From Terriglobales bacterium (GTDB lineage Bacteria > Acidobacteriota > Terriglobia > Terriglobales > Acidobacteriaceae), in the NCBI GenBank assembly GCA_049697355.1, contig JBAVVP010000163.1, positions 1,169 to 65,168 of the forward strand: a stretch of DNA of 64,000 nt, given 5' to 3'. Positions 24,689-33,576 of this stretch are shown in pieces (position 1 is the stretch's first letter; every line of letters starts with the position of its first letter). The notes beneath the pieces were generated by a model. That model saw only the letters and a list, made by a program, of their open reading frames with translations, did not search any database and had not been told where the DNA came from. Position numbers and translations under genes: made by a program.

Positions 24689-26677
24689 ATGATTCCTAGA
24701 AAAGCTCTCATCCTCGCCATCGGGGTTGGATTTGTGCTTTCGCTAGCGTGCAGTGCTTTAGCCCAGAAACCCTCCGAACCGGCACTCAGGCCGCTGCCGT
24801 TCGTGAGCACGATCTTTGGCGACAACATGGTGCTCCAGCGCGGCAAAAAAAACACCATCTGGGGCTGGTCAGATACCGGCGATAAGGTTCGGGTCGAGAT
24901 CGCAGGCAAGCATGCATCCGGCATAGCTGGGCCGGATCGCCGCTGGCAAGTGAAGATGCAGCCGCCGGCTGTGAGCGGCCCTTATACGATCAAGATCAGC
25001 GGTCATCAGAGCGTCGAACTTCACAACGTGCTGGTTGGCGATGTCTGGCTGTGCGGAGGCCAATCCAATATGCAGGTGGCGCTGCGTTTCGCACGAAATG
25101 GCGAGGAGGAGGTCAAAGCCGCCAACTTCCCAGAGATACGCTTCTTCTCGGTTGGGCCTCACCCCGCCTACCACCACACGGATGTTGTGGAGGGATCATG
25201 GAAAGTGGTCTCACCTGAAACCGCCGATCATGTTTCGGCAGTCGCGTACTACTTTGCACACAAGGTGCAACAGGAAATCCATGTTCCGATCGGTCTGGTC
25301 GTGGACGCCCTTGGGGGAACTCCCGCAGAGACATGGACCAGTGTTACCGCACTCCGTCCGCTGAAAGACTTCGATGTCCCGTTGGCAGAACTCGAAAGAC
25401 TGGCCGCCACCGGCGCGCCCGAATATGGGAATTACGTCATGCATTGGTATGACCAGTATGACGTCGGGATTAAAGGAAACTGGGCTGGGCCCGACTTAGA
25501 CGATTCGACCTGGAAGATGGTTGAGATTCCCGGCGGATTTTCCGACTTGGGTGTAGCGGAGACACCCGCAGTGGCCTGGTTCCGGATAGAGATCGTCGTA
25601 CCGGACCCGATTCCGGCGGGGCGCGCCTTGTTGTTCCTGGGCTCGATTGAGCGCATGGATACGGCGTACATCAACGGAACGGAAGTCGGCGCCAGCGCGT
25701 GGGTCGAGAATCCACGCGTCTATTTCATTCCGGATGGTGTACTGAAGCCGGGCAAGAATGTCGTGGCGATTCGCGTCCTGAAGACGAAGCCGCAGGGCGG
25801 ATTTCTTGCGAAGCCAGAGGAGTTGCGCCTCGAACTGGGAGAAAAGACGAGCATTGCCCTTGCCGGCAAATGGAAAGGTCAATTGAGTGTCGATGCTCGC
25901 CCGCCGCATCCGTTGCCCATTGGGTACGAGAACTGGCCCGTGATGCCGTCTGTGCTTTACGAAGGAATGCTGGCTCCCATTGCTCCGCTTTCGATCACGG
26001 GTGCGCTGTGGTACCAGGGCGAGCAGAACTCAGAACGGGGATTCCAATACCGCAGAATCCTTCCCGCAATGATTGAGGATTGGCGAAATCTCTTCGGACA
26101 GGGCGATTTTCCTTTCTACATTGTCAGCTTGCCGACCTTCCGGCAGCGCAGTGCGACACCCATCGAGGACATGTGGGCAGAAACGAGAGAGTCGCAGGCC
26201 TTCACGGCCGCCACGGTCCGCAACTCCTGCCTGGCGGTTACGATCGACACAGGTGATCCCGACAATCTCCATCCTAAGGATAAACAGCCTGTGGGGGAGC
26301 GTCTTGCCCTATGCGCATTAGCAAAACAGTATGGCGAGAGAGTGGTTTATTCTGGCCCAACGCTCGCGTCCGTCGAACGCCTTCCGGGCTCGATCCGACT
26401 GCACTTTGCGAACGCAGATGGTGGTTTGATCGCGAAGGGAGCGAAGTTGGAAGAGTTCGCAATTGCTGGAGAAGACCGAAAATGGTATTGGGCCGATGCA
26501 CACATCGAAGGCGATACAGTTGTCGTCTCATCTCCCTCGGCGCCCAATCCCAAAGAGGTTCGCTACGCCTGGCAGTCGAATCCGGCGGCGACCCTCTTCA
26601 ACGGAGCTGGATTGCCAGCAGGCCCGTTCCGGACCGATACCTGGCCGGGGATAACTGAGCGCCAAAGACCTTACTGA
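24689..26677 (+). CDS. Sialate O-acetylesterase-family carbohydrate esterase (SASA/DUF303-like)
   Basis: Track ORF starts at TTG 24665; ATG 24689 gives signal peptide MIPRKALILAIGVGFVLSLACSALA. GDVWLCGGQSNM block. Confidence 0.85.
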   Translation: MIPRKALILAIGVGFVLSLACSALAQKPSEPALRPLPFVSTIFGDNMVLQRGKKNTIWGWSDTGDKVRVEIAGKHASGIAGPDRRWQVKMQPPAVSGPYTIKISGHQSVELHNVLVGDVWLCGGQSNMQVALRFARNGEEEVKAANFPEIRFFSVGPHPAYHHTDVVEGSWKVVSPETADHVSAVAYYFAHKVQQEIHVPIGLVVDALGGTPAETWTSVTALRPLKDFDVPLAELERLAATGAPEYGNYVMHWYDQYDVGIKGNWAGPDLDDSTWKMVEIPGGFSDLGVAETPAVAWFRIEIVVPDPIPAGRALLFLGSIERMDTAYINGTEVGASAWVENPRVYFIPDGVLKPGKNVVAIRVLKTKPQGGFLAKPEELRLELGEKTSIALAGKWKGQLSVDARPPHPLPIGYENWPVMPSVLYEGMLAPIAPLSITGALWYQGEQNSERGFQYRRILPAMIEDWRNLFGQGDFPFYIVSLPTFRQRSATPIEDMWAETRESQAFTAATVRNSCLAVTIDTGDPDNLHPKDKQPVGERLALCALAKQYGERVVYSGPTLASVERLPGSIRLHFANADGGLIAKGAKLEEFAIAGEDRKWYWADAHIEGDTVVVSSPSAPNPKEVRYAWQSNPAATLFNGAGLPAGPFRTDTWPGITERQRPY

Positions 26678-26684
26678 ACAGTTG

Positions 26685-27755
26685 CTACCGGCAACCTGCC
26701 TGAAAGCAGAGATTCTGGCTGAAAAACGGCACCACATGATTCTGGAAGCGATCCGCCACTTTACTGGTATGAGTGCCCGGATAAACCTCGAAGCGGTTCG
26801 CGATTCCGTACTTATCAAGGACATCGTGCAATTTGGCGGTATCGACGCGTAAGCCGTCCTGGTCGCCCACATCCAACGCGATTGCACGATATTGGCGAAG
26901 ATCTCCGATGTATTGATCGACGAAAGCCAACGGTGCGTTGGCGGCCCATTTCGCGAGGACATCCGGCTGAGGCTGGCCGTCCTTGGTCGGCAGGTCAAGA
27001 TATAGCGGCGGATTCTTCGGATTGGGTGACCAGGCCGCGGCAGTCGCCAGCGTGGCCCGCGCAAAGAAAGGCAGCTTGGCCGAATCTTCCGGCGTCTTCA
27101 CGGACTCCATCGCTTTATCCACTTCTGGGTTTGGGGCGGGACGAGGCGATAGGCAGCACGGGCTCATGATGTACAGGCTGCCGAACACATCTGCATGCTT
27201 CATGCCGATGCGCATCGCGCCGTAGCCTCCCATGGAGTGGCCAACCAGGCCGCGGCTTGCTCGATCGGGAATCGTGCGGTAATGAGCGTCGATGTACGCG
27301 ACCACATCGTGCGCGATGAACTGCTCGAAGTCTCCGGTGGTGACCGAACTCGAATACATGGAACCGTTGTGCAACGTTTTCGAATCGGGCAGCACGACGA
27401 TCATCTCTTTCGCACCCTGGGCGAAAGCGCCTTCAATGGTCTGTGGCACATGGATCTCGTGGGACCACTGTTCCGCGCCGATGGAAAACCCGTGCAGTGC
27501 GTACACGACGGGATAGCGGCGATGCCTGTCTTTCTGGTAGCTGGGCGGCAAAACCACGAACACGTCGCGGTCAACTGCGTCGCCCTCCAGGCTACCTTCG
27601 AGAGCGCTGCCGTGGACCTTTATGTGCTCGACCACCGCAGGCTTCGCTCCGGCAACAACAGGGGGCACGTCAGTCTGAACTTGTGCTGTAAGGCGAGATC
27701 CCAGAGCGACGGTCATTGCAAGCGTCATCACATAGAGCAGTTTGTTCGCTATCAT
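26685..27755 (-). CDS. Secreted alpha/beta-hydrolase esterase (esterase-D / PF00756-like)
   Basis: Track ORF runs to 27884; ATG 27755 (AGGAAAGG upstream) gives signal peptide MIANKLLYVMTLAMTVALGSRLTA. Nucleophile elbow GHSMGGYG. Confidence 0.8.
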   Translation of the reverse strand: MIANKLLYVMTLAMTVALGSRLTAQVQTDVPPVVAGAKPAVVEHIKVHGSALEGSLEGDAVDRDVFVVLPPSYQKDRHRRYPVVYALHGFSIGAEQWSHEIHVPQTIEGAFAQGAKEMIVVLPDSKTLHNGSMYSSSVTTGDFEQFIAHDVVAYIDAHYRTIPDRASRGLVGHSMGGYGAMRIGMKHADVFGSLYIMSPCCLSPRPAPNPEVDKAMESVKTPEDSAKLPFFARATLATAAAWSPNPKNPPLYLDLPTKDGQPQPDVLAKWAANAPLAFVDQYIGDLRQYRAIALDVGDQDGLRVDTAKLHDVLDKYGIANRFEVYPGTHTSKVADRFQNHVVPFFSQNLCFQAGCR

Positions 27756-27880
27756 CAATACCTTTCCTTGAGATGGACCACGAACATGCATGCAGTGGCC
27801 GCGGAAACTCGGTGCGCCAGGAGTGACGTTAGGCCACATTACCCGCGTCCGATCGGACTTAGGTTTCGAAACAACCTGTT

Positions 27881-30283
27881 TCACGGTTCTTCTACCGAAA
27901 TTGCCTTCCCGGTGTACTCCACAGTTTTGTCGGGGTTAGCCACTGGTGCGGCTGAGGCGCCGTGCCCGGCAGACACCCAGACGATATTGATTTGAATACT
28001 CGCAGGCATTTCGGGGTACTCGCCCTTCCGATCACCGATCGTCAGAGTCTTGGCGGACTCAGACCAGCGCAACGGAATGACAGCATGCGCACCCTTTTCG
28101 TAGTCGTAACTGTCTCCAGCATCCTGGTACAGATCGAACGTGCCGTCGGCTCCCTTGAAAATCCGAAGGTCAATCGGTCCGGCGGGCTTCGCATTGGCAT
28201 ACTCAATTTCTGGGCCAAGGGGAAGAATCGAACCGGCACGTACGTAGAGTGGAATGCGGTCGAGAGGAGCGTCCGTGTCAATTTCACGGCCTCCCTTTTG
28301 CGAAGCTCCAGTCCAGAAGTCGTACCACGCCGGAGAATCTGGCAAATACAGACTTCTGCGAATAGCGTCCGGCTGAAGCACCGGACCGACAAGGATCCCA
28401 GGTCCAAACATGAACTCATCGCCGATGTCGCGTGTATTCGGATCAGTCCGCCAGTCCATCACCAGCGGCCGCTGGATCGTGTAGTCCTCATTGGTGACGC
28501 GCCAGGCAAGGGAGTAGATATACGGCATCAGACGATATCGAAGCTTGTCATAGTTAACCAGGATTGGCCGAACTTTATCGAACGCCCAGATCTCATTTTG
28601 CGGCCGGTGCCCGTGAGTGCGGAAAATAGGACAGAATATTCCATACTCGAACCATCGTGCATAGAGTTCCTGGAATTTTGGATCGTCAACCGGATTGTCG
28701 TGCGGCGGCCAATAGCCCCCGATATCAGTGGTCCAATAGGGATAACCGGAAAGCGCGAAGTTCAGCCCGGCGGCTACCTGATGGCGCAAACCCCAATACG
28801 AGCCATAGACGTCGCCCGACCACACCGTCGCTCCAACTCGTTGCTGGCCAAGAAAAGCGGAACGCGTCAGGAGAAAGACCCGCTTCCGGTTCGTCGTCGC
28901 TCTCCAGTGCTGCTGGATTCCAAGAGTGTGAGTGAGGGGGAATATGTTCGTGTACTCGGCTCCGTTGCCAATCGCAATCTGCTGGTTGCTGAGAATCGCA
29001 TCGCCCATGTGGGGCCAGTATTCTTCGGGTTCTGCGCTGTCGAGCCAGAACGCATCCCAGCCCTGCGAAAACAGTTTGCCGACCAGGTTATTCCAATAGA
29101 AGTCGCGCGCCTGCGGATTGGTCGAATCGTACACGTGAGCATTCGGCACACCGAAGTGTTTGGCGGCGAGTTCCTGGTAATTCTGCGACTTCGTATCGAA
29201 GAGTCCCCACACCGACAACATCGCGTGAACGTGCTCATCGTGCAACTGCTTCAGTTCGCCAGGGACGTCCGGGAAGTTGGGATTGAATACCGGATCGCCT
29301 TCTGTTTTCCACCAAAACCAGTCCTGCACAATGGCATCCAAAGGAATGTGCTCTTCACGGTAACGTTGTGCTATGCCTAAGACCTCGTCTTGGGAAACGT
29401 ACCGATCCTTCGACTGAAAAAAGCCATACGCCCATTGGGGAAGCATCGGCGTGTGCCCGGTGAGGCTTCGGTATTCATGGATCATCTGATCCATTTCCGG
29501 ACCGTAAATGAAGGAGTAGTCCACGGAATGCCCTGCGAGCGAACGCAGGTTCAGTTCAAGAGGGAAGCGGTTGTCGACGTAAGTGAGGGAAGCAGTATTC
29601 CACATTAATGCGTAGCCCTTGCTCGACAAGAGCAACGGAATGGCAACATCCGTATTGTTCTGGCCAAGCTCGATGGTTGCTCCGCGGTAATTGAATAACC
29701 CACTCTGATGCTGTCCCAGACCGTAGAACCCCTCTGAGAAGTCCGGTGCAAATCTATCTTCGACATGGAATGTTTTCTCGCCGTTCAACTCGACGGGTTC
29801 ATAGGTACGAGGAATGGAGTTTCGCTCCCGCAAAAGGGTCTCGCCGGCCAGGGTGCTGTATTGAACGTTTCCCCACTTCAACGAAAACTCGATTTTTACA
29901 GCGTCGGTTGTGAGGATGACCGCATCGGCAGTCTCTGATATCTGGAACTTTGCCCCTGGACATGACTCCTTCGAATCGAGCATCCATGGCTGGTTCTGTC
30001 GGATCGCGTTGGACGGCTCAGGAGTGGCGACAAAGTGGATAACAGCGGAACGGCAAACGGAAATATGAATCTGCTCGGCTCCGACCGAGACCGTCATACC
30101 GTCCGGAGCCGGCGCAAACTTTACAGGAGGCACCGGAGGTGTTTCCCACAGCTGAGCCCGTGCATCCGTTGGACTCCACAGGAAACAGCACATCGCGACA
30201 AGGAGAAAGCTTCGGACACTGAGTAGCCGGGGACCGATAACTCTCACAACGTTTATCGCTCGAAATATCTGTGCCGTTATCAT
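27881..30283 (-). CDS. GH31 glycosidase, paralogue of 15409..17769
   Basis: Blocks QDWFWW, GWDAFWLDSAEPE, WSGDVYGSYW. The start is uncertain: ATG 30283, or GTG 30247 giving MRVIGPRLLSVRSFLLVAMCCFLWSPTDARA. Confidence 0.9.
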   Translation of the reverse strand: MITAQIFRAINVVRVIGPRLLSVRSFLLVAMCCFLWSPTDARAQLWETPPVPPVKFAPAPDGMTVSVGAEQIHISVCRSAVIHFVATPEPSNAIRQNQPWMLDSKESCPGAKFQISETADAVILTTDAVKIEFSLKWGNVQYSTLAGETLLRERNSIPRTYEPVELNGEKTFHVEDRFAPDFSEGFYGLGQHQSGLFNYRGATIELGQNNTDVAIPLLLSSKGYALMWNTASLTYVDNRFPLELNLRSLAGHSVDYSFIYGPEMDQMIHEYRSLTGHTPMLPQWAYGFFQSKDRYVSQDEVLGIAQRYREEHIPLDAIVQDWFWWKTEGDPVFNPNFPDVPGELKQLHDEHVHAMLSVWGLFDTKSQNYQELAAKHFGVPNAHVYDSTNPQARDFYWNNLVGKLFSQGWDAFWLDSAEPEEYWPHMGDAILSNQQIAIGNGAEYTNIFPLTHTLGIQQHWRATTNRKRVFLLTRSAFLGQQRVGATVWSGDVYGSYWGLRHQVAAGLNFALSGYPYWTTDIGGYWPPHDNPVDDPKFQELYARWFEYGIFCPIFRTHGHRPQNEIWAFDKVRPILVNYDKLRYRLMPYIYSLAWRVTNEDYTIQRPLVMDWRTDPNTRDIGDEFMFGPGILVGPVLQPDAIRRSLYLPDSPAWYDFWTGASQKGGREIDTDAPLDRIPLYVRAGSILPLGPEIEYANAKPAGPIDLRIFKGADGTFDLYQDAGDSYDYEKGAHAVIPLRWSESAKTLTIGDRKGEYPEMPASIQINIVWVSAGHGASAAPVANPDKTVEYTGKAISVEEP

Positions 30284-30294
30284 TGATACGCCTT

Positions 30295-30324
30295 TCTAGA
30301 TATCTAGCAAACGTTTGTTCTAGA
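30295..30324. promoter_or_regulatory. Composite palindrome upstream of GH31: CTAGATATCTAG + CAAACGTTTG + TCTAGA
   Basis: CTAGATATCTAG (30296-30307) is a perfect 12-bp palindrome and CAAACGTTTG (30308-30317) a perfect 10-bp palindrome. A third TCTAGA lies at 30319-24. The element lies 12-40 bp upstream of ATG 30283. Confidence 0.35.
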
Positions 30325-30395
30325 TCAGGGCTTCGCCCTCAGAAGCGCTTCTTTCCAAGGTCCGTAGCTCGGCAAAAGAAAAATGATCTTCGAGC

Positions 30396-31799
30396 CTATT
30401 TTTTGTCGAGCATTAGAACGACGCTGGCATGGGGCTCGAGCGTGGTGCCAACGCGAACTCCCGCAGGCAAACGCTCTCCGGTCCAAGCGTTTCTTAGGTT
30501 GTACTGCGCTGCCGACGGGACGAAGTCCGACAAAGGGCGATCGAAAGTGATGGCCTTTTCGCCCAGGTTGAATGCTGCCAAAGCATGCTGATCCCCAGGT
30601 AAGTCGGCACTCCAGATCACGAGATCACCTTCGTGCAACACCTGCCGCGACGCCGTAGCGGTCTGGTCGATCTTCAAAATGTCGGTATTGCACAGCAGGC
30701 GCAGAGTGCCCTGATCAAGCAGGGTGAGATTGGCGCCGATGATCAGCGGACTGCGAGCCATAGCCCAAAGGCTTAGTTGCGTTTGTTGCTCCGCAGGCAT
30801 TAGACGCGTATGGCGCGGTCCTGGGCCGACGTCGGGGTACGGACGCAACTCGCCGACCGGCAGCATGTCCGCATCCGGCCAGTGTCCGGGTTTTGTATAT
30901 TGAGCCCAACGTGCAGCGTTCTCAAATTGGTTCTTGATGCCGATGGGGAAGTCCGAGTTACCGATCCAAATGTCCCAGATGTCGTTCGATATGCGCCACA
31001 TCTGGGCGAGGTTGCCGACTTCGGCGTGATGCTCGACAGCGGTCGGCCCTGGCGAGAGGCTCAGCACAATGTCGCGACCGCTACGCTGTACCGCCAGCTT
31101 GATCTGCCGAATTTCGCCGGCCTTGTAGGGATGATCCGCAATACAGTCAACCTTCAGGAAATCGACGCCCCAGTTTGCGTACTGACGAAGGAGAGAGTCG
31201 TACCATGCCTGACCGGCGGTGGTGTCCTTGATACCCCAGCTTGTGGGGTCCCAAGGACAGGCGTCATTTTGGTCAGCGGCATCCTGAGCTTTGAAAGCTG
31301 AACCCTCGATTGGCAGATTGCGCAAAACACTCTCCCGGGGTATGCCGCGGACAATGTGCACCCCGAACTTGAGGCCCTTTGCATGGACCGACTTCGCGAT
31401 CTCCTCGAAACCCACGTTCCTGCCATTGCGCAGAGCGGACGGGAAACGCACGATCACGGGAATAAACCGGCCATTCTCGTCCACCGCATACTTCAGCAGG
31501 TCAGGCTTGGGCCTGTCCTCAGGATTGACCATGTACCAGCCCTCGTCGATGACGGCGTAGGTATAGCCGAACGGCTTCAGTTTCGTAGCCATGGCCTCGA
31601 CATTCTCGCGGAACTGCTGTTCATTGATGCGCAAGCCGTAGGAATCCCAACTGTTCCATCCCATGGGAGGCGTTTGCGCGAGCACCTTACTCACGGTGCG
31701 ACTCTCTTGAGCCATTAGCGTGGCTTGCAGACAAAGAAGATTGCCGGCAATCAATAGCGAAGCCATCCCATAGCAGAATGAAGAATTGCCTGATCTCAT
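30396..31799 (-). CDS. GH27 alpha-galactosidase-family enzyme
   Basis: Track ORF runs to 31829; ATG 31799 has AAGGAGAA upstream and gives a signal peptide. PPMGWNSWDSYG, AVIDEGWY, DFLKVDC. Confidence 0.85.
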   Translation of the reverse strand: MRSGNSSFCYGMASLLIAGNLLCLQATLMAQESRTVSKVLAQTPPMGWNSWDSYGLRINEQQFRENVEAMATKLKPFGYTYAVIDEGWYMVNPEDRPKPDLLKYAVDENGRFIPVIVRFPSALRNGRNVGFEEIAKSVHAKGLKFGVHIVRGIPRESVLRNLPIEGSAFKAQDAADQNDACPWDPTSWGIKDTTAGQAWYDSLLRQYANWGVDFLKVDCIADHPYKAGEIRQIKLAVQRSGRDIVLSLSPGPTAVEHHAEVGNLAQMWRISNDIWDIWIGNSDFPIGIKNQFENAARWAQYTKPGHWPDADMLPVGELRPYPDVGPGPRHTRLMPAEQQTQLSLWAMARSPLIIGANLTLLDQGTLRLLCNTDILKIDQTATASRQVLHEGDLVIWSADLPGDQHALAAFNLGEKAITFDRPLSDFVPSAAQYNLRNAWTGERLPAGVRVGTTLEPHASVVLMLDKK

Positions 31800-31838
31800 G
31801 GATTCTCCTTCGAACAATGCCAACAGCACCGTTCGCTC

Positions 31839-33473
31839 TCAAAACGTTAAACGGAGTACGTATGCATACTTGGCCGGTGGCTGCGCGGGCAGTACCACGT
31901 GCAATCCATCGGGACGCTGCTGGAACTTCGGCTTTGCATCGCTGCCCAGCAGTGACACGCTTTGTACGGATTGGCTTCCCGTTGTCGCTGCAAGCGAGCG
32001 AATCACCACCTCTGCGTTCGTCGGCCATGCGAGTCCGATCGCATAGAGCACGTCGCCTTTGGTGGTGAAGCGAAAATCCTCAGGCGTGTAGTGAGCGGTG
32101 TCAGTGTCGTGAAACGAACCAGCCGCCACCTTTGTCGGTCCCTCGCCGTAAGTCCTCCAGGGGCGAGTGCCGTAGATCGCGTCTCCGTTGACATTCAACC
32201 AGGAGCCCACGTCCAGCAGCACCTCCTGTGCTTCTTCAGGGATGGTTCCGTCAGAACGCGGGCCGATGTTTAACAATAGATTTCCGTTCTTGCTGACAAT
32301 ATCAATGAGCTGGTGAACCACGAATTCCGGCGACTTGAAGGTGTCGTCCTTGATGTAGCCCCAAGACTTGTTGCTTACGGATGTATCGGTTTGCCAATGG
32401 AGCGCGCGCGTGTCGCCGAGTTGGCCACGTTCCACGTCCAGCACGCCAGCGTGCTCCTGCATAGCGTAGTCCTTGTAGTTGATGACTCCGACATGGTCGC
32501 CATACTTCAGGGAACGGTTGTAATAAAACGCTGCAAAGCGCGTCAAATTCGGCCGGATCGATGCCTGGCCGATCCACCAGTCGAAGTAGACGAGATCGGG
32601 ATGATATTTCTCGACGAGTTCGGCGCCCCGAGCAAGCCAGTCGTCGGCCCACGCCGACGAAACATAGGTGAAATCATTGCCGACGGGAGTCCCCCACTGA
32701 TACACGCCTGGTTGTGCCGGACCGTAGAAGGCGGCATATTGCGGGTCGTTAACATCAGAGGGAATCTTGCGGCCCACGCCCATGAAGAAATCGTGTTCCA
32801 CCCGATGCGACGACACGCCAAAACGCAAGCCTCGTGCCCGTACGGCCTGTGCCAGGTCGCCAATGATATCGCGGTGGGGTCCCATCTTTGCAGCCGTCCA
32901 ATCGCTCAGTCCGCTGTCGTACATGGCAAAACCGTCGTGATGTTCTGCGACCGGTACGACGTACTTTGCGCCCGCTTTCTTGAACAACTCGGCCCATGCA
33001 GAAGGATCGAAGCGCTCCGCCTTAAACATCGGGATGAAATCTTTGTAGCCGAACTTGTCCTGTGGTCCGTAGGTGGCGATATGGTGCTTGTACGCCTCGA
33101 ATCCAGGCTCATACATATTCCGCGGATACCATTCGTTGCCAAAAGCTGCGACCGAATAGACTCCCCAATGAATGAAAATGCCGAACTTCGCGTTCTGATA
33201 CCAGTCAGGAGCCTCATATTTCTGCAGTGACTCCCAGTCGGGCCGGAACGGGCCTTGGTAATCGATGGCATCAACTTCCTTCAGGAGAGCTGCCCGTTGC
33301 GCGTCGTACTTACTGCTGGCTGTCTGCCAGATCTGATCAATCTTTACCGGCTCCTCCGAAGCGGTGGGAGCCGTGGGGCTTTGCGCGTACATGACGGAGA
33401 ACGCGGAAAAAACCAACACGATACCGCCGAACCAACGAATCAATGATGATGAGAACAATCGATGTAGCCTCAT
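31839..33473 (-). CDS. GH29 alpha-L-fucosidase
   Basis: 544 aa with GGGAGGAG RBS and a signal peptide. KFGIFIHWGVYSV, EHHDGFAMYDS. Confidence 0.9.
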   Translation of the reverse strand: MRLHRLFSSSLIRWFGGIVLVFSAFSVMYAQSPTAPTASEEPVKIDQIWQTASSKYDAQRAALLKEVDAIDYQGPFRPDWESLQKYEAPDWYQNAKFGIFIHWGVYSVAAFGNEWYPRNMYEPGFEAYKHHIATYGPQDKFGYKDFIPMFKAERFDPSAWAELFKKAGAKYVVPVAEHHDGFAMYDSGLSDWTAAKMGPHRDIIGDLAQAVRARGLRFGVSSHRVEHDFFMGVGRKIPSDVNDPQYAAFYGPAQPGVYQWGTPVGNDFTYVSSAWADDWLARGAELVEKYHPDLVYFDWWIGQASIRPNLTRFAAFYYNRSLKYGDHVGVINYKDYAMQEHAGVLDVERGQLGDTRALHWQTDTSVSNKSWGYIKDDTFKSPEFVVHQLIDIVSKNGNLLLNIGPRSDGTIPEEAQEVLLDVGSWLNVNGDAIYGTRPWRTYGEGPTKVAAGSFHDTDTAHYTPEDFRFTTKGDVLYAIGLAWPTNAEVVIRSLAATTGSQSVQSVSLLGSDAKPKFQQRPDGLHVVLPAQPPAKYAYVLRLTF

Positions 33474-33576
33474 GACTCCTCCCGGTCAATCTGGGTTGGT
33501 CGCCCTATACCGGACTGCAATGAAGGGCCTTGCCGAATGCGGCCCAACGAATTAGTAGATGGGAAAGTTCGTTACA

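Noticed and set aside
27962-29380. 472-aa plus-strand ORF
   Set aside because: It is antisense to the second GH31 gene and is a shadow ORF.
30244-30257. An AACGTTT-containing site (TCACAACGTTTATC), considered as a further LacI operator
   Set aside because: It matches the 14-bp palindrome at only 8/14 positions. It also lies inside the GH31 coding region if ATG 30283 is the start.
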